64,000 nucleotides of DNA from positions 544,001 to 608,000 of the forward strand of contig CBDANS010000006.1 in NCBI GenBank assembly GCA_965197745.1, given 5' to 3'. This document shows positions 22,310-33,249 of this stretch, piece by piece; the stretch's first letter is position 1, and each line of letters opens with the position of its first letter. A model generated the notes under the pieces. It was not told the DNA's origin. It searched no databases and saw only the letters and a list, made by a program, of their open reading frames with translations. This stretch comes from Opitutales bacterium (GTDB lineage: Bacteria; Verrucomicrobiota; Verrucomicrobiia; Opitutales; PNEW01). The translations under genes were made by a program, and so were the position numbers.

Positions 22310-22680
22310 CAGCCCCTGGATTGAGACAAAGCGATAATGCAGAAGATTGTCTAATTTTCACAAATCCAGACTGGAGGCAGCGTTACGAAATGCTTCCAGT
22401 TTTCCACTATAATAGCGGCGAAACCATGTTGGTAATACAAGGTTTTCCAAACGGAGACAAATTAACAAAATTTATTAAGTTGTATCTAGTTTCTTATGTG
22501 TTGGGCATGATTGCAAGGTACCTTCCATCCAAGTGGCTTTCCTTGCTACGAAATGAGAAGGGTGATTTTGCACAGCCACTTCTAGTTGGTGCGACGGAAG
22601 AACTTGAAATGAACTTTGCCAAAGAATTTTCAAACCAGTTACACAGTGTTCTACGGAAAATCCCTAATGATGTGAAATAA
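22310..22680 (+). pseudogene. C-terminal fragment of a YaaC-like protein truncated by the IS
   Basis: YLVSYVLGMIARYLPSKW motif recalled from YaaC-like proteins. Confidence 0.5.
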
Positions 22681-23469
22681 AAGGGATAATAGTTCATTTA
22701 GATCAGTGAGATATTAAAGACATAAAAGAGGTTTTGTATTGTGGATAGCTATGATCAACCAATGAACCCGTTGTTGAGTTCAGGCGAACCTGCATCAATA
22801 GACTAAATGCATGAAACTGTGGACGTATAGACAGAAGCATGTTCATGACAACGAGTAGTTTCACCTAAGCTGCTATTGAGAAGAAGCCAATCGAGATAGT
22901 TTAGCTACAATTGACCTTGTGGATGATGACCAACTGACGTATAAGCTCAAAGAATTAGTTTTTGGTGTGAAAACAGAACTTGTGGAAAAGGTGACTGTAG
23001 ACCCTGATTGGTTCCTAGCACTGTGACTTAGGATGACATAGTTTGGGAATTATATATTCGACGATCTCAAAAGTAAGGTAACATAAACAGAAATCAAATT
23101 AGAACATATCGTGGTTTAAACAAGAAAAGTGTATTTTGCAGGGGAATTATTCAGCCTCAAAGATTTTATAGACAACGCAGTATTAGCCGCTGTGATCAAT
23201 GAGGGATCAGAAGGGCGTTGTAGCTGCGTTTTACCCAGACCTTGGAGCAGCGTGATACGACGGCCATAAGTATTCGCGATCAGGATATCAAAACGCTTAT
23301 GCATGACACACTGTGAAACGTTCCTTACGAGAAAAGAACACAAGACCTGGCCTTTCGAATCATGTGTACTAGCTACGACTTGATCTGAAAAACACTGCTG
23401 GATCAAATCGCAACTCGGTTTGACAACAACATTGAAAATTTTCTTTTCAACTTTCGTTCAACCAAAAAT

Positions 23470-23997
23470 TTGCTGCCGGAAGTTGAGAAGAAAATTTTCA
23501 TACAAGCGGCTCTTGTAGCTGACACTGTCCGTAATATCATATACCGATTTGTACAAATCATGCCTATGAGATTTAACCCGTCCTGGCGTTATTGGAAGAC
23601 ACCCGTGCTCTTTGGTGCGGGCTTATGCATACTGCAAACCTTGGTGGCCATCGTGCGATTCGGCGGCAGGGAGAGTTGGAATCCGATCATCCTGTTGGAG
23701 ATACCGTTCATTCTGTTAGGGCTCATCATGTTCTTCCTGTGCGGCCTGTTGATTGGGTTGCTGGTGCAACGGCTATTGAAGGGCTCTAGTGGAGCTTGGC
23801 GCAGTACCTTGATGGTCGCTGTTGCACTAGCAACTCCACTTGCAGTTTGGTTCAGTTTAGTTGGAGGGTTGCTCGGCCCGCCTGGCATACTGTTCGGAGC
23901 GCTGATTCCCTATCTCCTCCTGGTCGGGATTCTGGTGTTGATCCATACCTGCTGCTTGCGTTTGGCAAGATCACGCGTTGCTAAAAAGCGGTCTTGA
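23470..23997 (+). CDS. Hypothetical membrane protein (start probably ATG 23560)
   Basis: Four hydrophobic segments. Confidence 0.6.
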   Translation: MLPEVEKKIFIQAALVADTVRNIIYRFVQIMPMRFNPSWRYWKTPVLFGAGLCILQTLVAIVRFGGRESWNPIILLEIPFILLGLIMFFLCGLLIGLLVQRLLKGSSGAWRSTLMVAVALATPLAVWFSLVGGLLGPPGILFGALIPYLLLVGILVLIHTCCLRLARSRVAKKRS

Positions 23998-24698
23998 GTT
24001 GCTAGGCTAGAGTCGCCCTTATTCAAATCCGATTATCACACTGCTGAAAAATACGTTTTGATGGTTTCCCATTTCTAAAAATCTTTTTTTGAGTTTGCGC
24101 TTAATCTGTTTGGAGAAATAAGCCAAATCGCCTATTCGCCCCTGATAGCTGCACTCATTGATGCCTGGGCATCCCTGGGCTGAGACTTTAGGGTAGACAC
24201 TGAACTGTTGATGGAGAAAAGAGGGAACACCTCGAATTTGATCCTGCTACCCTGCAAGCCGCTTGGATGGTTTCTGGACAAACTGTCGATTGGCAACTGC
24301 ATTTTACAGTTCCTCATGACAGAATTTTATTTCGAGGGGTAGCTGTTTCGGCGCTATTTTCAGAACCTTCCTGGATCTGAGAGATGGTCAAGGAGGGGTG
24401 GTTTTTTTTGCGCCAGATTGCTGCCGCCAATATTGTCATTTTTTATGTCTGTCGTATCTCTTTGTACAACGGTGAACTGTAGACACACTTAAAAAAGGAG
24501 AGGGAGGATCGACACGATCCTCTCTTATCGATCAGCCCATCAATTAAGGGGTTGTTTTAGGTTGTCTACAATGAAGGCCAACCTGTGGACACATAAAAAA
24601 AGAGCGCCTGGTAGTTTGAAGGTTGCCTGAGCAGACCGTTATTGGCGACAGTGTGCACGGACCAAAAGAGGACGGACCTAAGAGAGACCTTGGAGGGC

Positions 24699-24726
24699 GA
24701 CCCGCACAATCATTATTATGTCCAGT
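24699..24726 (+). other. dif-like XerC/XerD recombination site
   Basis: gacccgcacaa-tcatta-ttatgtccagt versus E. coli dif GGTGCGCATAA-TGTATA-TTATGTTAAAT (7/11 and 8/11 arm matches, 6-bp spacer). Gene orientation converges here. Confidence 0.6.
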
Positions 24727-25337
24727 TGATTTGTAAATTATTGATATTCAACATATTAATTTTATACATAAAATTCCTAACGGTCTTATAACGCCGCTAA
24801 TTAAGGAGTAAGCCCCAGTATAACACTCTGATTAAGCCGGGTTGATATACTCGTTGCATACTCACCACGACCCGTGATTTAGGGTTGTCACCTTCTTAGG
24901 ACGAGAGCATGTCTTGAGCAGTCTCCTTGCCCCGCCATCGCTTTAACCGTGCCCTTAGAAGTAGATCATGTTTCAAGGGGGCGGGGGGGTGCGCGATCAG
25001 AAGATATACCGCCAGTCATACTATCGATTTACTCACCGGAAAATATATTTACAAAGGACAAGGTTTGGCAGCAAAAATAATTTTAAAAGAACCACGCTTA
25101 AATTGGCTCTAAAATGTACGATCACTCTTCGTTAGGAACCCAATTTACTGTCTTAAGATGCAAACACCCTTTCTCGAGGCTCTCAGAGCCCTTCACGGGC
25201 AAATCAAATCATTGGTGGTGCTTCAAAAAATTCACCCCGCAAAGAGTAAACCAGCCAGCACTATGACAGGTGGTCGTGACCACGAAAACTGGTCCACTTG
25301 AAAAGTTAGTCTGGTCCAACTAGAAAGGACACAGACA

Positions 25338-25604
25338 ATGAAAGGCAAAAGATACACGACCGAAGAGAAAATACGGATGCTGCGCCAGGCGGACAAAGGG
25401 AAAACGATCCTGGAAGCATGCCGCGAGAACAACATAAGCGAACAGACCTTCCACCGCTGGAAACGTGAGTTTGGGATGATTGATGTCAACCAGGCCAAGC
25501 GGATGAAGGAGCTCGAGAAGGAGAACGCGCGGTTAAAACGGATGCTGGCGGACAAGATGCTGGGGATAGAGATCCTGCAGGAGACCCTCGAAAAAAAACT
25601 GTAA
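25338..25604 (+). CDS. IS3 transposase OrfA
   Basis: MKGKRYTTEEKI...ISEQTFHRWKREF...LEKKL. Confidence 0.92.
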   Translation: MKGKRYTTEEKIRMLRQADKGKTILEACRENNISEQTFHRWKREFGMIDVNQAKRMKELEKENARLKRMLADKMLGIEILQETLEKKL

Positions 25605-25624
25605 GCCCTGGGCACAAGCGGCAA

Positions 25625-26579
25625 GTGGCAGAGAGACTTGTGACTCGGGGCCAGTGTTCGATGCGAGCGGGGTGCCGGTACTTTCGGCTGCACCGTTCCA
25701 CCTATGCGTATAGGGCCAAGCATCCGGATGCCTGGCTAACGAAACTAAAAGCGGCAGTAAGGCGGTTATCACGGCAATACGCGAGGTGGGGCTATCCCAA
25801 GATCACGAAGCTGTTGAAGGACGAAGGCTGGCAGGTGGGTAAACGTCTCGTGCAAGGTCTGCGACGTGAACTGGGTCTGGCGATCCCCCCACGCAAGCCA
25901 AGACGCCGGCGCAGGGGTGTCTGCACCGGGCTACCGACAAAGGCCGAACATCCCGACCATGTTTGGACCTGGGATTTTATCCACGATAAGACGGTTCGCG
26001 GCGGCAGTCTAAAAATGCTGACCGTGCTCGATGAGTACACCCGCGAGTGCCGGGTGATCCATGTTGATCGCCATATCAATGCGGAAACGGTGCGCGGTAT
26101 CATGCAAAAACTGCTCGACCGGCATGGGCCGCCAAAATATATTCGTAGCGACAACGGTTCCGTTCCGAGGAGCGAAGCGACGACATGCAAAGCCATTCAT
26201 TGAAAGCCAATTGAGAGCCTGGCTAACTGCGATGAAAATCAAAACCCTCTATATCGAACCAGCAAGCCCTTGGCAGAACGGATACATTGAATCGTTCCAT
26301 GCCCGTTTTCGCGAGGAGTGTTTAAACCGTGAACAGTTATGGACTTTGACCGAAGCCCGCGTGGTCATCGAAGATTGGCGCTGGCTTTACAATCATGTCC
26401 GACCCCACCGCAGCCTCGGCAACATCACTCCACGGCACTTCACTGAAAACCTCAATACCGAAGGCTCGGGCTCCATTCGGGCTACGCCCTCATTGCGCCC
26501 AAGCCTTGACTTCCTCTACCAACTTAACTTCAACATTAACCTCTCCAGACTAACTCTCCCTGTGGACCAGTTTGTGTAA
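25625..26579 (+). pseudogene. IS3 OrfB frameshifted by a 33-nt insert at the DNGS/EF motif
   Basis: One frame ends SDNGSVPRSEATTCKAIH*; another continues FIESQLRAWL...PWQNGYIESFH. Confidence 0.9.
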
Positions 26580-26760
26580 CCCGACCACCCCATAGGGGAA
26601 AAACATGGTATCGCTGTGTTAGATTATGAAAATAATGTAGGACCCCATTTCGGGGGTTATGATTATGCGAGAGCCATTTATTTTGTGAAAAAAGATGAAA
26701 TTTGGTACCCTGTTAAATTTGAGTTTTCGCGCATTCGGAAGGGACAAGTGCAATAGAACT

Positions 26761-27219
26761 TTAAGCAATTTTTTTCGATATTTTAATCTCTTCGGGACAG
26801 CTTGGGTTGTCCGTTTTGTTTCTCTGGTAAACCTTGAACCCATGCTTCATGTAGAATGAACGCGTTATTTCATAAGGTGGGTATTCGACACTTTCCCCGA
26901 GCGTAGATGTAGCGAGTTCATTCAATCCCATGGAAGAGGCCGTCTCTTCGGCTTGCTCGATAAGTCGACTTCCAATGCCTTGTCGTTGGCAGTCCTTATT
27001 AACTCCAAGCCAACCGATATTGAGCCGACCCTCGGAAACGAAGAGGGTAATAAATCCGACGACCCGCCCGTTCAATTCCGCCAGGATTCCGCGCTGATGC
27101 TTGAGATCAACAGGGATGGAATGGTTGCGCGCGTGGTCAGTGAACCACTCGGGAAGACTATCAACCAGGGTTAGAATGGCGGCATGATCTTCAGGTTCTA
27201 TGGATCGAAAGGTGACCAT
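26761..27219 (-). CDS. GNAT N-acetyltransferase
   Basis: LGVNKDCQRQGIGSRL acetyl-CoA motif A and FYMKHGF. Confidence 0.88.
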   Translation of the reverse strand: MVTFRSIEPEDHAAILTLVDSLPEWFTDHARNHSIPVDLKHQRGILAELNGRVVGFITLFVSEGRLNIGWLGVNKDCQRQGIGSRLIEQAEETASSMGLNELATSTLGESVEYPPYEITRSFYMKHGFKVYQRNKTDNPSCPEEIKISKKIA

Positions 27220-27243
27220 CTCATTTTGCAGGCGTCAGTCTAA

Positions 27244-28092
27244 TTATTTTGAATCTTCACCATGCAGCCAGCGAAGTCCACCGGGCCAGCCTTGACTGCT
27301 CATCTCCAGGATGGGATAGCAATAGTCATTGATCCCGCTCAAGGTGTAGTCATATGCCTTACTCTGCCAGGCAAAGTAATTTGCTATGTCCGCGCCTGTA
27401 AATTGATCTACCCAAGTACAATGAGCTGACGGAGATTGGTGCCTCTCAATCAAGGAGGGCTGATTCATGAGATCCCACGTTGACGCCGGTGTTCCATCAG
27501 AATGCCTGTAGACAACCGCTGTTGAGGAGTCCACGGCACCCCACTTACGCTGCCGATAGGCCTCGATAATTACATGCCCACTGTATGCCTGTTTGGTATT
27601 ATACAGGTTTACGATTCGGCTCGGAACACCCGCAACCTGACAAAGAGAACAGGCGACCCTCGCAATATCGGTACACCATTCCGAACCTCGACTGATGATG
27701 GCTTCTTCAGTGCCACCAAATTGCATGGAATCAAGCGTCTCACCAGTGACTTTTTCCTCTAAATTTGCCGTGAACTTAACGATTGCTTCAATGCGCGCTT
27801 CAAGAGTTGGACAGCTCAACGTCACTTGTTCAGCGATATCTTCTATTTCCGCTCGAGACCCCTTTTTATAACTGACCTCGATAGGTGTGTATCCGGAATA
27901 AAGATACGTTGCCGTGTCAGAACACAAACGAATCATTTGCTCAGTCAATACCCTGTCAACCGAACTGGGCGCGTGGGTATCATTGTCCAACATCTTCTGA
28001 TAAGCTGGACCAAATTGTGCTCTCCCCATGAATCTGGAATAATTCATCCCTATACTCAATCTGGTTGATATAATTGAAAAGCCATAGCCCAT
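27244..28092 (-). CDS. Transglutaminase-like domain protein
   Basis: WCTDIARV...GHVIIEAY...WGAVD Cys-His-Asp triad. Confidence 0.8.
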   Translation of the reverse strand: MGYGFSIISTRLSIGMNYSRFMGRAQFGPAYQKMLDNDTHAPSSVDRVLTEQMIRLCSDTATYLYSGYTPIEVSYKKGSRAEIEDIAEQVTLSCPTLEARIEAIVKFTANLEEKVTGETLDSMQFGGTEEAIISRGSEWCTDIARVACSLCQVAGVPSRIVNLYNTKQAYSGHVIIEAYRQRKWGAVDSSTAVVYRHSDGTPASTWDLMNQPSLIERHQSPSAHCTWVDQFTGADIANYFAWQSKAYDYTLSGINDYCYPILEMSSQGWPGGLRWLHGEDSK

Positions 28093-28105
28093 ATCTTAAA
28101 ACCCG

Positions 28106-28906
28106 TTACTTTGTAATACATTTTAAATTCAGAAATTCATGAATTTTATTGTAACTGGCATCCCAATCTTCATGGGGGTTCACTAATTTAAGTTTCGGAA
28201 ATTCCAGGTAGGCATGCATCATCTCCGTTAATTTAATAAATTCATCCCAGAATATTATCATCCCTTCCCAATCGCGGTAACCGCGCGAGACAAACCATGA
28301 ACAATCACGATCTCTTTTAACCAGAAAATCAGCCCATTTTTCTCCTCGTATTTCGGGCAATCGACTTATATCTCCTTTTACGTCTGTAGTGTAAAGATTT
28401 ATAAGCACGGGTTGTATGGGATTGATAATCGAAGCGATGCGCTTGTTTACATCTATCACCTCCTCAACTGAAAATTCTGAGTATACCATGGGTAAACTGA
28501 TAGCATTCCAAAAACGACTGTCCATGATCGTAACGGTTTGATCATTAATGGAATTTTTAACAAAGCTCTCCCAATCATGAAGCATCTGGTTGATGGCAAT
28601 ATCCTGCCAGTACCGATTCAGGAAACCATTTTTGTTATAACCCGGATTTTTTTTGTAAAAAATTTCCCATTCAGCAGGATATTTTTGACGAAAGTCGTCA
28701 GAAGTATAAGTGAATGAAAAACGGATGGGATGGTCCCTGGCTTCCTCGGTAAAGATCTGACTGGGAATTCCGTGAAGCTTGTACTGTTGATATAAATAAT
28801 CCTGAAGGGTCGATTTTCCAGCACCAGGAATACCTTCGATCAATATAAGTTTTGTCTCAACCATGTTCTGAATTATTGAAACAGGGTTTGAGCTAATAGA
28901 GCGCAT
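28106..28906 (-). CDS. P-loop nucleotide kinase-like protein
   Basis: IEGIPGAGKST Walker A. Confidence 0.75.
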   Translation of the reverse strand: MRSISSNPVSIIQNMVETKLILIEGIPGAGKSTLQDYLYQQYKLHGIPSQIFTEEARDHPIRFSFTYTSDDFRQKYPAEWEIFYKKNPGYNKNGFLNRYWQDIAINQMLHDWESFVKNSINDQTVTIMDSRFWNAISLPMVYSEFSVEEVIDVNKRIASIINPIQPVLINLYTTDVKGDISRLPEIRGEKWADFLVKRDRDCSWFVSRGYRDWEGMIIFWDEFIKLTEMMHAYLEFPKLKLVNPHEDWDASYNKIHEFLNLKCITK

Positions 28907-28915
28907 GCTGTCTTA

Positions 28916-29683
28916 TTAAATCTTAACATATTTAATTAATTTAAATGCTCTTTCAGTCTTGTACCCTAATTTTCGCCCTAATGCGACCGAGGCTGTATTT
29001 TCTTTTTCAGCGTTCCAGCGAGTCTTAAATCCTTTTTCTGCACATTTGGTAATTAGATAGGCAACGGTAGTGTAGGCATAGCCTGACTTTTTGTAATTTT
29101 CATGAGTAATACCCCCAATCTCAACGTGACCTGCTCCCCAGAATGCCGCATAGGTTTCTACAATTATTTCGGTCTCTTTCATAAGACAATATCCAAGACC
29201 ATTTTTTAAAAAATTATCAATCGTCCCGCAGTTATGAATAATATGTCTACGCCAGAGACATGACTCAATAAGCTCATTATCAATCCTGCGCATACTACAA
29301 CCTGGGGGAAGATCTCTTGCTACCAGTTTCAAGTGTTCAAGCTCATCAGGGAGATCAAGAAATTCCAGGAATTCAGTATCCCCGGTTGCATTTGAGGGGG
29401 GTTCTAATTTACCAAAACCCTGAGAGGGCCAGTATAAATTTATATCAGAGCTCTCTCTAAGAAAAGAAACACTCTCATTGAGATCCTCTTGATCAAAATA
29501 ACCCCCTATACATACACCCCCCGGCAACAGGGCCAATGCCTGAGTTGGGTTCTCCGCATTATCCACAAAAACTTTACCGGGATTTTTTCCCTCAAGAACG
29601 GAAAAGAGCATCGGGTTATTCGGAATGGTATTTTCGAAGAGTGTTTTGGTTATAGAAAAATGTTCAGGTGATAGATCGATCAT
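28916..29683 (-). CDS. GNAT family acetyltransferase
   Basis: EIGGITHENYKKSGYA and NTASVALGRKLGY. Confidence 0.8.
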   Translation of the reverse strand: MIDLSPEHFSITKTLFENTIPNNPMLFSVLEGKNPGKVFVDNAENPTQALALLPGGVCIGGYFDQEDLNESVSFLRESSDINLYWPSQGFGKLEPPSNATGDTEFLEFLDLPDELEHLKLVARDLPPGCSMRRIDNELIESCLWRRHIIHNCGTIDNFLKNGLGYCLMKETEIIVETYAAFWGAGHVEIGGITHENYKKSGYAYTTVAYLITKCAEKGFKTRWNAEKENTASVALGRKLGYKTERAFKLIKYVKI

Positions 29684-29716
29684 GTTAATAGTGTTTATGA
29701 CAGATGCCGCCCACTC

Positions 29717-30127
29717 CTATACATACCATTGAACCTCTTTCCCCCATTCTTTTTTACCACTGCGAATACGAGATTCCAGATTCGAGGCATGAATTTCCAA
29801 TTTGTGACCGTTGGGATCCAGGAAATAAAAGGAGTCTCCCTCAGTGCTGTTTTCCTGCCATGTACCGATCCCGGCTTGTGTGAACCTCTCCTTTATCAAG
29901 GGAAATTCTGATTCAGAAACCGTGAAAGCAATATGAGTGTACTCCGGTAACGGCTTATTCCTTGCAGCTTTGTCCCTGGCAAGGGCGACCCATAAATCAC
30001 CTGCCAAAAGGTAGGCACTCTTTCTGCTTTTCTGTACCGGTTTAAACCCTAACACCTCTGAATAGAAAGCAAACGACTCGTCAATGTCGCTTACCGCCAG
30101 TGTAATATGATTCAATCCTGTTATCAT
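29717..30127 (-). CDS. fos: Fosfomycin-resistance-type VOC metalloenzyme (FosA/FosB-like)
   Basis: GLNHITLAVSD, YTHIAF and EGDSFYFLDPNGHKLEIH match Fos-family signatures. Confidence 0.8.
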   Translation of the reverse strand: MITGLNHITLAVSDIDESFAFYSEVLGFKPVQKSRKSAYLLAGDLWVALARDKAARNKPLPEYTHIAFTVSESEFPLIKERFTQAGIGTWQENSTEGDSFYFLDPNGHKLEIHASNLESRIRSGKKEWGKEVQWYV

Positions 30128-30170
30128 AGAAATTTATTAAATTAGATTAACGCTAAGGTTTCGCCGTTAT

Positions 30171-30603
30171 TTATTCAGCTTTGTTACGCAGCCATTCATC
30201 GATGGCCCACTCGTGGCATTTGTGATAAAATGAATCATTAATTGTTTCTAAACGTTTCCATAGAAAATGGTGGTCTTTCGTGTCTTGAGGCATTTCGTCA
30301 AATTGACACAGGTAGAAACTGGCTTCCATGTCATAATAGCGATCGTCTGATTCTGCGTAGAAATACTGCCGTGCTTTTGGCAGTGAACTGACAATTCTGA
30401 CTGCTGACGAACATTCTTCATCTACCTTCCCGGTGCAGAGCTTCGCGTTCATCTTCCCCTTCTTTTACACCGCCACCTATGAGGAAAAGCCCCCTCCGTC
30501 CTTCAATGCATGCCACCTGCTTATCCCTGATAATGACCGCATAAACGGCCCGTCGTTTTTCATAGGGACAATTGTCTTTTTTGATTCCAAAAGTTTTCAT
30601 CAT
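30171..30603 (-). pseudogene. NUDIX hydrolase split by a single-base frameshift
   Basis: Nudix box GGGVKEGEDEREALHRE continues as VDEEC in another frame (extra G near 30427). Confidence 0.8.
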
Positions 30604-30629
30604 GCAGAACGCCACCCTTCATGGTTAAG

Positions 30630-31368
30630 TTAGACGATCTCTTCTGCAGACACTTCATTAAAAGTGTCAGCTACAGATTCGACAACGGTTTTCCACAATC
30701 GCTCCCCCAGTTCCGCCGTGGCGTAGATCGGTGTTCCAATTACGCCGTTAGAAGACAGGTCAGCGAAGTTCAGATTCGGGTTACTCCAATCGACGGGCTT
30801 GCAGTCTGAATCCGTTATTTTGGCTTCTCGTACATGGTCAGGTCTGAGATGGAGGGCGATAGCCGTGGTAAAACTGTCAGCATGTCCGCCATGATCTCTC
30901 GTGTCTCCCAGTTTGACCCAGATAGCGTGATAGGGGTGAGCGGGTATAACGGCCCTGGCTTTTCCACGGTAAGATGCATTGAAAGCTTCTATGACCCCAT
31001 CGAGTTGGTGACCACCACAACCACGCCATAGCACGATACGGCTGAATCCCTGGTCAGCCAGGGATTTAAGAATGGCAGTGACCAGGCCCTGATGGATTTC
31101 ATAGGGCACATCAATATAACCACTTCTAAAATCACGATGTTCCGGCGTTGGTCCGAACGGCATGACGGGAAGTACCAGCACATCCAGCCCGTATTTCTTT
31201 TTCACACGCTCAGCAGCGGTCAGGCACAAGGTTTCGGCAAACCATGTGTCAAAGTCCACGGTCAAGTGAGGACCCTGTTGCTCGGTACAGCCGGTGGGAA
31301 CCACGGCGATGGCTCCATTCTCCGCGTACTGCCTGGTTTCCTCATACGTTAGATCACCCATTTTCATG
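30630..31368 (-). CDS. Creatininase family protein
   Basis: PTGCTEQQGPHLTVDFD, GGH and GGHADSFTT motifs. Likely start MKMGDLTYEE. Confidence 0.88.
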
Positions 31369-31508
31369 ATTTTATACCTCGACGGTTCGCTCAATAGCTT
31401 ATCCGCACAACACAATTTGCAGGATCTCACCGTAGCGGAATACTCGCAAGTATTATATCCATTGGATTTAGCGTGTGACTGTTACGAATCGCTACAACCT
31501 GAATGCGA

Positions 31509-32093
31509 TCAACCGATTTCGTTTCTAAGCTTCGCTATCAGGACCTTGTTAACTTCAGGAATTATCGACAATTCCGAAAGCAACGTCGCTGCATTTTCAT
31601 CTGAATAGACTAACTTTGGCCGCTTGAGTTTCTCGCATGCACAGGCCATATAATGATCGGCATCCGTCCTCCCCCTCTTGGCTTGTTTTACAGCCCCAGA
31701 AATATTCCAGAACGCTGATGTTGCGACAGACCAGTCAGGAAATGGCATTGGCCATTTCTGTGTGCAGTCGCGATCAGACGCGATGAGGATTTCTACTCTC
31801 CAGAACACAGGTAAGTGATGAAAGTTAATCCTCAGATCCTGGGCCATCCGATTGTCATTATAGTCTGGATCGTAACGCAGTGACAGTGGCCCGAAACGGT
31901 CCTGCAAACACACCACGATGTCATCGAAGAATTCCTGATTAAGTTCTTCATGGACTTCAGCCTTCAGATCCACGTCGCTGTAGTCGTCCACCTCCCCAGA
32001 AGCAAAGGATCCCCGGAACGCAACTTGGCCCGAACTGAAGTGGTCCCTGAGTACGGCAAGCACCGCATTTCCGAATTGCCGGATGGTCATCAT
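31509..32093 (-). CDS. Nucleotidyltransferase-domain protein
   Basis: RGSFASGEVDDYSDVD motif. Confidence 0.75.
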   Translation of the reverse strand: MMTIRQFGNAVLAVLRDHFSSGQVAFRGSFASGEVDDYSDVDLKAEVHEELNQEFFDDIVVCLQDRFGPLSLRYDPDYNDNRMAQDLRINFHHLPVFWRVEILIASDRDCTQKWPMPFPDWSVATSAFWNISGAVKQAKRGRTDADHYMACACEKLKRPKLVYSDENAATLLSELSIIPEVNKVLIAKLRNEIG

Positions 32094-32098
32094 TACGG

Positions 32099-32158
32099 TG
32101 CCAACGTCATGCCTCAGTGGAGGGACTTGTCAGGGTCCACTTCAGCGCTTTGTTTTCT
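32099..32158 (-). other. Degenerate attC-like site
   Basis: Minus strand reads AAC-aaagc-gctgaagtgga...tccactgag-gcatga-cGTTggca, overlapping a stop codon and followed by the next start. Confidence 0.4.
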
Positions 32159-32644
32159 GTGTTTCATTTTTTCGTTCTCTAAGATTGACAACTTCAACAG
32201 CACTTTGGCAATTGGCGAATGCCCATATTCGAGGGTCTGCAAAAACTGATTGGGACTGACAAGCTTGCGATGAGCTATCTCGTATTTCTGAGTAAACGGC
32301 TGGACACGTACCCTGCATGAATACCGCATCTGATAATGGACTGAATCATCTTGAAGGTCTCGAACATGCTGCCAACCCATTAGAGAGTGTTTGATTACTT
32401 CGCAGCAGGATTCCTCCAAAATCTCGCGCTTGAGCGCATCGTCGAGCGATTCGTCATTTTCCGGGTGTCCCCCGGGTATGTTCCATGTTTTGCCATCCGA
32501 ACTGATCATTACGATTTGATCATCAGGAGTAAAACAGACGGCACTTACCTGGGTTGTTTGAGCACGCGGCGGTAAATTCTTTCCGCACTCCCATGTCACT
32601 TCAAAGCGCCGCCCTTCAAATTCCGTCTGATCCCTAAGTATCAT
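32114..32644 (-). CDS. NUDIX hydrolase
   Basis: PGGHPENDESLDDALKREILEE. Confidence 0.88.
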   Translation of the reverse strand: MILRDQTEFEGRRFEVTWECGKNLPPRAQTTQVSAVCFTPDDQIVMISSDGKTWNIPGGHPENDESLDDALKREILEESCCEVIKHSLMGWQHVRDLQDDSVHYQMRYSCRVRVQPFTQKYEIAHRKLVSPNQFLQTLEYGHSPIAKVLLKLSILENEKMKHRKQSAEVDPDKSLH

Positions 32645-32682
32645 TTTTTTCCCCAGCGAAAATCAGATTATCCATCTGGTTT

Positions 32683-33216
32683 TTAGCGATTAGCTGTATG
32701 AGCTTTATCGATGATATCGGTATAAACATCTGTTTTGCCATAGGTATATGACTTTCTGTCATCTGAAAATTTACTCGCTAATTCACACTTCACATCTGCG
32801 TATTTCATTCTCATCACTGGGTTATTGCACAAGAAATCTCTGAATAAGAGGTAATCGCGCCATTGTGGATCCGCCTCGGTTACCATGTGAATATGGGAAT
32901 GGACGATATTGTATTGGACCCAAATGAAAAGGTGCCCTCCAGCGATCCCCTTGTCACCTCGATATTCATAACCCGCATTTGTCATACTGTCGATGTTTGC
33001 ACTGATATCGTTTTTCTTTGAAACAACAACAAGAATATCGACGATGGGCTTCGGCGGAAGTTCAGGAATAGAGGTACTGCCGATATGCTCAAATCGAATG
33101 AACCTGCCGTTGAGCGCCTCTGAGATTTTTATTTTCTCTTTCTCATAAAACTTGGCCCATACTTCGTGGTCAGTCCTCAATTCAACGGTACCATGTTGTA
33201 ATCCTGTCATAGACAT
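32683..33216 (-). CDS. GrpB family protein
   Basis: EHIGSTSIP..KPIVDI, LLFRDFL and YTYGKT. Confidence 0.88.
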   Translation of the reverse strand: MSMTGLQHGTVELRTDHEVWAKFYEKEKIKISEALNGRFIRFEHIGSTSIPELPPKPIVDILVVVSKKNDISANIDSMTNAGYEYRGDKGIAGGHLFIWVQYNIVHSHIHMVTEADPQWRDYLLFRDFLCNNPVMRMKYADVKCELASKFSDDRKSYTYGKTDVYTDIIDKAHTANR

Positions 33217-33249
33217 AAAAAAAGGAACTTTTTTATATATATATTTATA

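Larger units (their letters stand above)
25271..26587 (+). mobile_element. IS3-family element, copy 1 (1317 bp)
   Basis: IRs tggtcgtgaccacgaaaactggtccac and gtggaccagtttgtgtaacccgacca. OrfA, A8 slippery site and orfB present. Confidence 0.95.

Noticed and set aside
22690..23410. Decayed coding fragments (one resembling a nucleoside 2-deoxyribosyltransferase start, VYFAGELFS)
   Set aside because: Too fragmentary to delimit or assign confidently.
24440..24600. Repeated tgtagaca/tgtctaca/tgtggaca motifs as transposon end or res site
   Set aside because: They are short and irregular, with no cognate enzyme nearby, so no call can be supported.
25232..25772. Antisense ORFs over IS3 orfA/B (also 9544-10035 and 39223-39748)
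   Set aside because: They are shadow frames of the transposase and recur only because the IS is repeated.
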